Shown piece by piece: positions 1-7,701 of a DNA stretch of 32,000 bases. This stretch comes from an uncultured Alcaligenaceae bacterium (GTDB lineage: Bacteria; Pseudomonadota; Gammaproteobacteria; Burkholderiales; Casimicrobiaceae): contig CAZFEK010000028.1 in assembly GCA_964517465.1 (NCBI GenBank), positions 1-32,000 of the forward strand. Direction: 5' to 3'. Within the stretch, counting starts at the first letter, position 1, and each line of letters opens with the position of its first letter. The notes under the pieces are model-generated. The model searched no databases. It was not told the DNA's origin and worked only from the letters and a program-made list of their open reading frames with translations. A program made the translations under genes and the position numbers.

Positions 1-1691
1 ACGGCCTGCATTATCCCGAGCCGCTTTATCCCTTCGACACCATCTGGGACGAGGCCTGGTATCTGGCGCTGTCGCAATACAACAACCGCATCTTCATGGT
101 GCCGCCGGTGCGCGGCGTCGATCACCGCATGATCAACGGCTACGTCTATATCTCGCCGGTGCCGGTGAAAAACCCTGAGGAAATCGGCAGCCGCGTGCCT
201 CACTTCATGGAGCGCGCCGGGCATTACTACAAAAACTGGGATGCCCTCGAAGCCAAGTGGAAGATCAAGATGGAAGCGACCATCCGCGAACTGGAGAAGC
301 TCCAGATTCCGCGCCTGGCCGACATGGAAGACATTTCCGTGGTCACCGATGCCATCGGCGAGTCCAAGGGCTACCATCTGCTGAAGAATTACGACGATCT
401 CATCAACCTCGGCATCAAGTGCTGGCAATACCACTTCGAGTTTTTGAACCTCGGCTATGCGGCCTATGTGTTCTTCCTCGATTTCGTGCAGAAGCTCTTC
501 CCCAGCATCCCGGCGCAGCGGGTGACGCAGATGATCTCGGGCATCGACGTGATCATGTACCAGCCCGACGAAGAGCTGAAGAAGCTCGCCAAGAAGGCCA
601 TCGAGCTGGGCGTCGACAATGCGGTGTGCTTCAGCCAGGAGTGGACCCAGGTCGAAGAAGCGCTGAAGAAACTGCCCAAGGGTGTCGAGTGGCTCACCTC
701 GCTCAACCTCTCGCGCGAACCCTGGTTCAACGTCTCCACCGGAACGGGCTGGTTCCACCACGACCGCTCCTGGAACGACGCCATGAACATTCCGCTGAAC
801 GGCATCCAGACCTACATCCAGAAAGTGAAGGCGGGCGTCAACATCGAGCGGCCCATGGAACAGGTGCGGGCCGAGCGCGATCGCATCACCGCCGAATATC
901 GCGGCCTGATCGAGAAAGAAGAAGACCGCAAACAGTTCGATGAACTGCTGGGCTGCGCCAAGACCGTGTTTCCCTACGTCGAGAACCACTTGTTCTACGT
1001 CGAGCACTGGTTCCACTCGGTGTTCTGGAACAAGATGCGCGAAGTGGCCGCCATTCTGGTCGAGCACGGCATCATCAAAGACGTGGAAGACGTGTGGCTG
1101 CTGCGCCGCGACGAAATCAAGCAAGCGCTGTGGGACGTCGTCACCGCCTGGGCCACGGGCGTTACGCCGCGCGGCACCCAGACCTGGCCCAAAGAAGTCG
1201 AGTGGCGCAAGGGCGTGATGAAAAAGTTCAAGGAATGGAACGCGCCGCCGGCCATAGGCACCGCGCCGGAAGTCATTCAGGAACCCTTCACCATCGTGCT
1301 TTGGGGGGTGACCAACTCCTCGCTCGCCGACTGGGCGAAAGTGGCCGAGGTCAAAGATCTCTCCTCGGTCAAGGAGTTCAAGGGCTTTGCCGGCAGCCCC
1401 GGCATCGTCGAGGGCAAGGCGCGCGTCTGCAAGACCGTGGAGGACATTCGCCAGTTGCAGGAAGGTGAAATCCTCGTTGCTCCCACCACGTCGCCGTCCT
1501 GGGCGCCGGCCTTCGCCAAGATCAAGGCCTGCGTCACCGATGTGGGCGGGGTGATGAGCCACGCCGCCATCGTCTGCCGTGAATACGGCATGCCGGCAGT
1601 GGTGGGCACCGGGCACGCAACCAAAATCATCCAGACCGGCATGACCATACGGGTGGATGGCTCCTCGGGCGCGATCACCGTGGCTCGCTAA
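1..1691 (+). CDS. ppsA: Phenylphosphate synthase large subunit (PEP-utilising enzyme family), 5'-truncated at window edge
   Basis: The reading frame is open from nt 3 (GLHYPEPLYPFDTIWDE...) into listed ORF 96..1691. The C-terminal mobile phosphohistidine-domain motif TSPSWAPAF...VTDVGGVMSHAAIVCREYGMPAVVGTG is present. It is followed by ppsB, ppsC and the ppc genes, as in the Thauera aromatica phenol cluster. Confidence 0.88.
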   Translation, partial: GLHYPEPLYPFDTIWDEAWYLALSQYNNRIFMVPPVRGVDHRMINGYVYISPVPVKNPEEIGSRVPHFMERAGHYYKNWDALEAKWKIKMEATIRELEKLQIPRLADMEDISVVTDAIGESKGYHLLKNYDDLINLGIKCWQYHFEFLNLGYAAYVFFLDFVQKLFPSIPAQRVTQMISGIDVIMYQPDEELKKLAKKAIELGVDNAVCFSQEWTQVEEALKKLPKGVEWLTSLNLSREPWFNVSTGTGWFHHDRSWNDAMNIPLNGIQTYIQKVKAGVNIERPMEQVRAERDRITAEYRGLIEKEEDRKQFDELLGCAKTVFPYVENHLFYVEHWFHSVFWNKMREVAAILVEHGIIKDVEDVWLLRRDEIKQALWDVVTAWATGVTPRGTQTWPKEVEWRKGVMKKFKEWNAPPAIGTAPEVIQEPFTIVLWGVTNSSLADWAKVAEVKDLSSVKEFKGFAGSPGIVEGKARVCKTVEDIRQLQEGEILVAPTTSPSWAPAFAKIKACVTDVGGVMSHAAIVCREYGMPAVVGTGHATKIIQTGMTIRVDGSSGAITVAR

Positions 1692-1845
1692 GCAGCACTT
1701 TTGCCTCGCGGGGTGAGCGGCGGCGCAAGGTCGCCAATCACCTCGCGGCGGCGGAACTTTGCCGACGGGCAACAACGGGTTTCATAGTGAGTACCAAGGT
1801 ACGAGGTTTTCACATTTCCAGGAATGGAGTCGAAGAGATGAATTT

Positions 1846-1914
1846 GGGGGATTTACAAGGGGGTCTGCCCCCTTGTTCCTGGCGGGGGATATACAAGGGG
1901 CTTCTCCCCTTGTT
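1846..1914 (+). repeat. Two tandem palindromic hairpin units (REP-like or operator-like) in the ppsA-ppsB spacer
   Basis: The unit GGGGGAT(T/A)T-ACAAGGGG(G)-loop-(C)CCCCTTGT occurs twice with a 38-nt period. Perfect stems are 1855-1863/1868-1876 (9 bp, loop TCTG) and 1893-1900/1906-1913 (8 bp, loop CTTCT). A related half-site CCCCCTTGGTT lies at 1966-1976. Confidence 0.6.
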
Positions 1915-2007
1915 GGTAAAAAGGGCTTGCTTGCCGTATACCGCCGCCCAACGGCGCCCGGCGATCCCCCTTGGTTCCGGCTTGCCTGGCTTAGGGTAGA
2001 GGGCAAG

Positions 2008-3129
2008 ATGCTGACGGGACAGCAAGGCAGCGCGGGCGCCGCGGCTGTGAATACGCGGGAACTGTGCTGGTTCGAGGAGGTGCGCAAGGACGACGTCGCC
2101 CTGGTAGGCGGCAAGTGTTCCTCCCTCGGCGAACTCATCAATGCCGGCGTGCGCGTGCCGCCGGGATTCGCGCTCACCACCAACGGGTACGCGCGCTTCA
2201 TGCGCGATGCCGGCGTGGGTCAAGACATTCCCCGCATGCTCGAAGGCGTGGGGCAGGACGATTTGGAGCGGCTGGAAAACGTGAGCCAAGCGATTCGCCA
2301 AGCGATCGAGGCGCACGCATTCGCCTGGGAAATGGAAGACGCCATCGCCGAATATTACCGCCGGCTTTCGGTGCGCTGCATGGTGCCGGCGGTGCCCGTG
2401 GCGGTGCGCTCCAGCGCCACCGCCGAAGATTTGCCCGGGGCGAGTTTCGCCGGGCAACAAGACACCTACCTTTGGATACGCGGCGTCGACGACGTGCTGC
2501 ATCATGCGCGGCGCTGTATTTCCAGTTTGTTCACGGCGCGGGCCATCGCTTACCGCATCAAGATGGGTTTTCCGCACGAAGACGTGGCCCTTTCGGTGGG
2601 TTTTCAGAAAATGGCCAACTCCTACACCGCCGGGGTGATGTTCACCCTCAATCCCGGCAACGGCGACCGTTCAGTGATCGCCATCGACGCCAATTTCGGC
2701 TTCGGCGAATCGGTGGTGTCGGGCGAAGTGACGCCGGATCATTTTCTGATCAACAAGATCACGCTCGACATTCTGGAGCGCACCATCTCCACCAAAGAGA
2801 TCACCTACACCGTCGATCCCAAGACGCAGAAGTCGGTGAAGATGGATACACCTTTCGAGAGGCAGAACGTGCAATCGGTGATCGATGAAGAAATCGTCGA
2901 ACTCGCCCGCATGGGCAAGGCCATCGAAAAACACTACGGACGGCAAATGGATATCGAATGGGCCGTGGACAAGGATCTGCCCGCGGGCGGCAACATCTTC
3001 ATCTTGCAAGCGCGCCCCGAAACGGTGTGGAGCGAGAAGCGCCAAACCGAGGCGAGCGGCACGGGCAAAGCCACTTCGGCGATGGATTTCATTTTGTCCA
3101 GCCTGCTCACGGGAAAGAAAGTGTCATGA
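2008..3129 (+). CDS. ppsB: Phenylphosphate synthase subunit with PEP/pyruvate-binding (PPDK_N-type ATP-grasp) domain
   Basis: The internal ATG at 2008 of listed ORF 1759..3129 gives 373 aa (about 40 kDa). The family-typical N-terminus is ELCWFEEVRKDDVALVGGKCSSLGELINAGVRVPPGF, followed by SSATAEDLPGASFAGQQDTYL. The 83 upstream codons run through the hairpin repeats and look non-coding. Confidence 0.88.
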   Translation: MLTGQQGSAGAAAVNTRELCWFEEVRKDDVALVGGKCSSLGELINAGVRVPPGFALTTNGYARFMRDAGVGQDIPRMLEGVGQDDLERLENVSQAIRQAIEAHAFAWEMEDAIAEYYRRLSVRCMVPAVPVAVRSSATAEDLPGASFAGQQDTYLWIRGVDDVLHHARRCISSLFTARAIAYRIKMGFPHEDVALSVGFQKMANSYTAGVMFTLNPGNGDRSVIAIDANFGFGESVVSGEVTPDHFLINKITLDILERTISTKEITYTVDPKTQKSVKMDTPFERQNVQSVIDEEIVELARMGKAIEKHYGRQMDIEWAVDKDLPAGGNIFILQARPETVWSEKRQTEASGTGKATSAMDFILSSLLTGKKVS

Positions 3130-3812
3130 TCGTCAAGAACTGGATGCAGGCCAACCCCGAGCATGTCCATGGCGACACCCTGCTCGCCGAAGCCAAACGC
3201 ATACTCACCGAACACAATCTGCAAGCCCTGCCGGTGATCGACGAGGGCCGCCTGCGGGGGCTCATCACTCGCCAGCATTGTCTGCGCGCGGCGCATTTCG
3301 TGGCGCGCACGCAAAACCCGGACGAATACAACTTCTTCGCCAACCGCCTCAAGGTGAAAGACGTGATGGTGCGCAACCCGGCCACCGTCGATGCCTCGGA
3401 CACCATGGAAGAATGCCTGCGCCGCGGGCAGGAGTTAAACGTGGGGCAGTTTCCGGTGCTCGACCAGGGCCAGGTGGTGGGCGTGATCTCGTCGAACGAA
3501 ATTCTCTCCCTGGCGGCGCATTTTCTGGGTGCTTGGGAAAATCGCAGCGGCGTCACCCTGGGTCCGCTCGATCTCAAGCCCGGCATCATCGGGCGCATCG
3601 CCGATCTGGTGGAAGGGGCGGGTGCCGAAGTGCAGGCGATCTACCCCATTGCCAGCAACGCCAACGGGCATAGGCCGACGCCGGGGGGCGGCAGGGAACG
3701 CAAGATCATCGTGCGCTTTCACAGCGCACCCGTGGAAAAGGTGGTGGCCGTTCTTGAAGCCGCGGGCCTCAAGGTGCTCGAAGCGGTGGCGGCCCGAAAC
3801 GAAACTTTGTGA
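3126..3812 (+). CDS. ppsC: CBS-pair protein, phenylphosphate synthase stimulatory subunit
   Basis: The ATG at 3126 overlaps the ppsB stop (ATGA), giving 228 aa (about 24 kDa). Two CBS-like repeats are visible (...ALPVIDEGRLRGLITRQ... and ...QFPVLDQGQVVGVISSNEIL...), with an ACT-like C-terminal half. Position and size match the third pps gene of T. aromatica. Confidence 0.8.
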   Translation: MIVKNWMQANPEHVHGDTLLAEAKRILTEHNLQALPVIDEGRLRGLITRQHCLRAAHFVARTQNPDEYNFFANRLKVKDVMVRNPATVDASDTMEECLRRGQELNVGQFPVLDQGQVVGVISSNEILSLAAHFLGAWENRSGVTLGPLDLKPGIIGRIADLVEGAGAEVQAIYPIASNANGHRPTPGGGRERKIIVRFHSAPVEKVVAVLEAAGLKVLEAVAARNETL

Positions 3813-3830
3813 AGCAGACGGAGTAGCAAC

Positions 3831-5252
3831 ATGGACCTCAGATATTTCATCGATCAATGCGAAGCGGCGGGAGAACTCGCCCGCGTCAAGACCGAGGTGG
3901 ATTGGAACCTGGAAATCTCCCACGTCTCCAAACTCACCGAAGAAAAGAAAGGGCCGGCGCTGTTGTTCGAAAGCGTCAAGGGCTACAGCACCCCGGTGTT
4001 CACCGGCGCCTTCGCCACCACCAAACGCCTGGCGATCATGTTGGGCCTGCCCCATCACCTGTCGATGTGTGAATCGGCCCAGGCCTGGATGAAAAAGACC
4101 ATCACCGCCGAAGGCCTCATCAAGGCCCGCGAAGTGAAAGACGGCCCGGTGCTCGCCAACGTGATTTCCGGCGACAAGGTCGACCTCAGCATGTTCCCGG
4201 TGCCCAAGTTTTTTCCCTTGGACGGCGGGCGTTATATCGGCACCACGGTGTTCGTGGTGCTGCGCGACCCCGAGACCAATGAAACGAATCTCGGCACCTA
4301 TCGCATGCAAATGCTCGACAACAAAACTTGCGGCGTGCAGATACTGCCCGGCAAGCGTGGCGAGCGCATCATGAAAAAGTACGCCAAGATGGGCAAGAAG
4401 ATGCCCGCCGCGGCGGTGATCGGCTGCGACCCGCTTTTGTTCATGGCCGGCACCTTGATGCACAAAGGGGCGAGTGACTTCGACATCACCGGGACGGTGC
4501 GCGGCCAGCAAGCGGAATTCCTGCTCGCACCCATGACCGGCCTGCCGGTGCCCGCGGGCGCGGAGATCGTGCTCGAGGGCGAAATCGATCCATCGAACTT
4601 CCGCCCCGAAGGGCCGTTCGCGGAATACACTGGCTACTACACCGACGAGCTGCACAAACCCATTCCCAAACCCGCGCTGGAGGTGAAGCAGATCCTCCAT
4701 CGCGACAACCCCATTTTGTGGGCCACGGGGCAGGGCCGGCCGGTGACCGACGTACACATGTTGCTCGCCTTCACCCGCACCGCCACGCTGTGGACCGAAC
4801 TCGAAAAGATGAAAATCCCCGGCGTGCAATCGGTGTGCGTGATGCCCGAATCGGCCGGACGCTTCTGGGCGGTGGTGTCGGTCAAGCAGAGCTACCCCGG
4901 TCACTCGCGCCAGGTGGCCGACGCGGTCATCGCCAGCAACACCGGCTCTTACGGCATCAAGGGCGTGATCACGGTCGACGAAGACATCATGGCGGACGAC
5001 ATCCAGCGCGTGTTCTGGGCGCTGTCTTGCCGCTACGACCCGATGCGCGGCACCGAACTCATCAAACGCGGACGCTCGACCCCGCTCGACCCGGCGCTCG
5101 ACCCCAACTCCGACAAACTCACCACTTCACGCATTCTGATGGACGCCTGCATTCCTTACGAGTGGAAACAAAAGCCCATCGAGGCGCGCATGGATGAAGA
5201 AACGCTTGCCAAGATCAGGGGGCGTTGGAACGAATACGGTATCGATCGGTGA
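3831..5252 (+). CDS. ppcB: UbiD-family subunit of phenylphosphate carboxylase (first paralogue)
   Basis: 473 aa. The UbiD-type N-terminus is MDLRYFIDQCEAAGELARVKTEVDWNLEIS, and the motif EGPFAEYTGYYT is present. GGAG sits 7 nt upstream of the ATG. Position is as in the T. aromatica cluster. Confidence 0.88.
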   Translation: MDLRYFIDQCEAAGELARVKTEVDWNLEISHVSKLTEEKKGPALLFESVKGYSTPVFTGAFATTKRLAIMLGLPHHLSMCESAQAWMKKTITAEGLIKAREVKDGPVLANVISGDKVDLSMFPVPKFFPLDGGRYIGTTVFVVLRDPETNETNLGTYRMQMLDNKTCGVQILPGKRGERIMKKYAKMGKKMPAAAVIGCDPLLFMAGTLMHKGASDFDITGTVRGQQAEFLLAPMTGLPVPAGAEIVLEGEIDPSNFRPEGPFAEYTGYYTDELHKPIPKPALEVKQILHRDNPILWATGQGRPVTDVHMLLAFTRTATLWTELEKMKIPGVQSVCVMPESAGRFWAVVSVKQSYPGHSRQVADAVIASNTGSYGIKGVITVDEDIMADDIQRVFWALSCRYDPMRGTELIKRGRSTPLDPALDPNSDKLTTSRILMDACIPYEWKQKPIEARMDEETLAKIRGRWNEYGIDR

Positions 5253-5400
5253 TGAATAAACCTGCTGCGCGTCCTCATCGCGGCGTTGGGCGCTGCTCGC
5301 GATCCTCACGTACTACCTTGTACGCTCCGGTCGCTGCGCTGCGTCCGCCTTGCGTTGAGGCCGCTCGCGACGGTTTCTTCACCGCCGATTTTTTGGAGAA

Positions 5401-5916
5401 ATGAACATGGAAAAAGCGAAAAACATCAAGCTGGTGATTCTCGACGTCGATGGCGTCATGACCGATGGCCACATCATCATCGACGACAACGGCGTGGAGT
5501 CGCGCCATTTCGATATCAAGGACGGCATGGGTGTGGTGGTGCTGATGATGTCCGGCGTGGAAGTGGCGATCATCACCTCGAAGAAATCGGTGGCCGTGCG
5601 CCACCGCGCCGAGGAGCTGAAGATCAAGCGTTTCTACGAAGGCATCAAGAAGAAGACCGAACCCTACGAGGAAATGTTGAAGGACATGGGCATCACCGAT
5701 GACCAAGTGTGCTACGTCGGCGATGATCTGGTTGACCTGTCGATGATGAAGCGCGTCGGCCTGCCGGTGGCGGTGGCCGACGCCGTGCAGGACGTCAAAG
5801 ACCGTGCCGAATATGTCACCCAGGCCCGAGGCGGGCGAGGTGCGGTGCGCGAAGTGGCGGAGTTGATCTTGAAGACCCAAGGCAAATGGGAAGCCATACT
5901 TGCCAAGGTGGGTTGA
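5401..5916 (+). CDS. ppcD: KdsC-like HAD phosphatase subunit of phenylphosphate carboxylase (about 18 kDa)
   Basis: The HAD motif I is LVILDVDGVMTDG, followed by ITSKKS and a later GDDLVDL (motif IV-like), as in the KDO-8-P phosphatase family. The ATG at 5407 is an alternative start with better spacing to GGAG at 5395-5398. The delta/ppcD label is from memory of the Thauera nomenclature, and the gamma/delta naming could be swapped. Confidence 0.82.
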   Translation: MNMEKAKNIKLVILDVDGVMTDGHIIIDDNGVESRHFDIKDGMGVVVLMMSGVEVAIITSKKSVAVRHRAEELKIKRFYEGIKKKTEPYEEMLKDMGITDDQVCYVGDDLVDLSMMKRVGLPVAVADAVQDVKDRAEYVTQARGGRGAVREVAELILKTQGKWEAILAKVG

Positions 5917-5938
5917 GCGAATTTTCAAGGAGAAGCAC

Positions 5939-7387
5939 GTGGCCGTCCCCCGCAATAACCGTGAGTTCATCGAAGCCTGCATCGCCAGCGGCGATGCGGT
6001 GCATATCAAACAGGAAGTCGACTGGGAAAACGAGGCTGGTGCCATCGTGCGCCGCGCTTGCGAGCTGGCGGCACCGGCGCCTTTCATGGAGAAGATCAAG
6101 GATTATCCCGGCTTCTCCTATTTCGGCGCGCCGCTGTCGACCTACCGGCGCATGGCCATCTCGATGGGCATGGATCCGGCCTCCAGCCTGCCGGAGATCG
6201 GCAAGGAATACGTCAAGCGCACCAACGGCGAGCCGGTTGCACCGGTGCTGGTCGACAGGAAGGACGCGCCCTGCAAGGAGAACATCCTCAAGGGCGCCGA
6301 CGTCGATCTGTGCAAGCTGCCCGTGCCGCTGGTGCACGACGGCGACGGCGGCCGCTATGTCGGCACCTGGCATGCCGTGGTGACCAAGCACCCGGTGCGC
6401 GGCGACGTGAACTGGGGCATGTACCGGCAGATGATGTTCGACTCGCGCACCATGAGCGGCGCGGTGTTCCCGTTTTCGGATCTGGGCAAGGCGCTGAACG
6501 ACTACTACCTGCCGCGCGGCGAGAGCTGTCCCTTCGCCACTGCCATCGGGCTGTCGCCTCTGGCGGCCATGGCGGCTTGCGCGCCCTCGCCCATTCCCGA
6601 ACCCGAGCTGGTGGGCATGCTCGCCGGGGAACCCGCGCGTCTGGTGAAATGCGAGACCAACGACCTCGAAGTGCCGGCCGACGCCGAGATCATCCTCGAA
6701 GGCGAAATCTGCCCCGACTACAAAGTCGAGGAGGGGCCTTTCGGCGAATACACCGGTTACCGCACCTCGCCGCGCGACTTTCGCGTCACCTTCCGGGTGA
6801 ACTGCATCACCTATCGCAACAACGCCACCATGACCATCTCCAACATGGGCGTGCCGCAGGACGAAGGGCAATTGCTGCGTTCCTTCTCGCTCGGCCTCGA
6901 ACTGGAGAAGCTCTTGAAGAGCCAGGGCATTCCGGTGACGGGCGTGTACATGCATCCGCGCTCCACGCACCACATGATGATCGTCGGCGTGAAGCCCACG
7001 TATTCGGGTGTAGCACAACAGATCGGGCAGCTCGCTTTCGGCTCCAAGCTCGGGCCCTGGTTCCACATGGTGATGGTGGTCGACGATTTGACCGACATCT
7101 ACAACTGGGACGAGGTCTACCACGCTTTCTGCACCCGCTGCCATCCGGAGAACGGCATCCACATCTACCGCAACTCGCCGGGCACGCCGCTTTATCCCTT
7201 CGCCACGCCGCACGAGCGCAAGTTCTCGATCGGCTCCAAAGTGGTGTTCGACTGCCTCTGGCCGCTCGATTGGGACAAGACCAATGACGTGCCGACCCTG
7301 GTGTCCTTCAAGAACGTCTATCCGAAGGAGATCCAGGAGAAGGTGCTGGCCAATTGGGCGTCCTACGGCTATCCGCCGGTCAAATGA
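5939..7387 (+). CDS. ppcA: UbiD-family subunit of phenylphosphate carboxylase (second paralogue)
   Basis: A GTG at 5939 is preceded by AAGGAG at 5927-5932. The listed ORF starts at a TTG at 5900 inside the previous gene. The product is 482 aa with UbiD-type N-terminus REFIEACIASGDAVHIKQEVDWENE and motif EGPFGEYTGYRT. Confidence 0.88.
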   Translation: MAVPRNNREFIEACIASGDAVHIKQEVDWENEAGAIVRRACELAAPAPFMEKIKDYPGFSYFGAPLSTYRRMAISMGMDPASSLPEIGKEYVKRTNGEPVAPVLVDRKDAPCKENILKGADVDLCKLPVPLVHDGDGGRYVGTWHAVVTKHPVRGDVNWGMYRQMMFDSRTMSGAVFPFSDLGKALNDYYLPRGESCPFATAIGLSPLAAMAACAPSPIPEPELVGMLAGEPARLVKCETNDLEVPADAEIILEGEICPDYKVEEGPFGEYTGYRTSPRDFRVTFRVNCITYRNNATMTISNMGVPQDEGQLLRSFSLGLELEKLLKSQGIPVTGVYMHPRSTHHMMIVGVKPTYSGVAQQIGQLAFGSKLGPWFHMVMVVDDLTDIYNWDEVYHAFCTRCHPENGIHIYRNSPGTPLYPFATPHERKFSIGSKVVFDCLWPLDWDKTNDVPTLVSFKNVYPKEIQEKVLANWASYGYPPVK

Positions 7388-7400
7388 GGAGAAGAACACC

Positions 7401-7655
7401 ATGAACCAATGGGAAGTGTTCGTCAACGACGTGAAAGAGCTGGCCGAAAACAGCGCGCTCGAGCTCACCATCCGCAGCCTCAATCCGGGTATCCACAAAT
7501 ACACCTACCGGCGGGTGAAGTGCGAGGTTTCCAGCGATCTCCAGAAACACGCTGACCAGTTGCAGGTGCGCTTGGGGCGCGGGCAGCTCAGCCCGAGCCG
7601 GTTCTCCATCCGGGTGCTTGGCGAAGTCGAGCGCCTGCCGGCGAAGTATCGTTGA
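7401..7655 (+). CDS. ppcC: Small (84 aa, about 10 kDa) orphan subunit of phenylphosphate carboxylase
   Basis: ATG at 7401 sits 13 nt after the ppcA stop and is preceded by GAGGAGAAG. I recognise no family motif. The assignment rests only on size and position between the UbiD-type genes, which matches the 10-kDa subunit described for T. aromatica. The gene symbol has the same naming caveat as ppcD. Confidence 0.65.
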   Translation: MNQWEVFVNDVKELAENSALELTIRSLNPGIHKYTYRRVKCEVSSDLQKHADQLQVRLGRGQLSPSRFSIRVLGEVERLPAKYR

Positions 7656-7701
7656 GCGTTTGCCCGGGTCCAGCGGAAAGGCGAAACAAGCGGGTGCCAA
7701 C

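Noticed and set aside
1914-1931. Sigma54-like TGG...TTGC motif (TGGTAAAAAGGGCTTGCT) in the ppsA-ppsB spacer.
   Set aside because: The GG-to-GC spacing is two nt longer than the fixed -24/-12 spacing, and the -24 element is TGGT, not TGGC. This is not a credible RpoN promoter.
1759-2007. 83-codon N-terminal extension of the ppsB ORF, and the 70-aa ORF 1787..1999.
   Set aside because: The extension reads straight through the two perfect hairpin repeats and has no family similarity. The PPDK_N-type domain begins right after the ATG at 2008, which gives the expected protein of about 40 kDa.
3435-4904. 489-aa ORF antisense to the first UbiD-type carboxylase gene. Similar long antisense ORFs lie at 5816..7504 (562 aa), 7588..8748 (386 aa), 10499..12058 (519 aa), 14053..15405 (450 aa), 20765..22384 (539 aa), 25369..26892 (507 aa), 28765..30054 (429 aa) and 30217..31377 (386 aa).
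   Set aside because: Each lies opposite a gene with strong family motifs. Their translations are low-complexity and rich in Arg, His, Gly and Ala, with no recognisable motifs. This is the usual shadow-ORF artefact of GC-rich DNA.
5900-5938. TTG start given by the ORF track for the second UbiD-type gene, overlapping the phosphatase gene.
   Set aside because: The GTG at 5939 has an AAGGAG 6 nt upstream, avoids the overlap, and still precedes the conserved UbiD N-terminal region.
7284-7400. 123-aa version of the small-subunit ORF, and the TTG 7618 start of the third UbiD gene.
   Set aside because: Both extensions overlap the preceding genes out of frame and lack ribosome-binding sites. The internal ATGs (7401 and 7702) give the expected N-termini.
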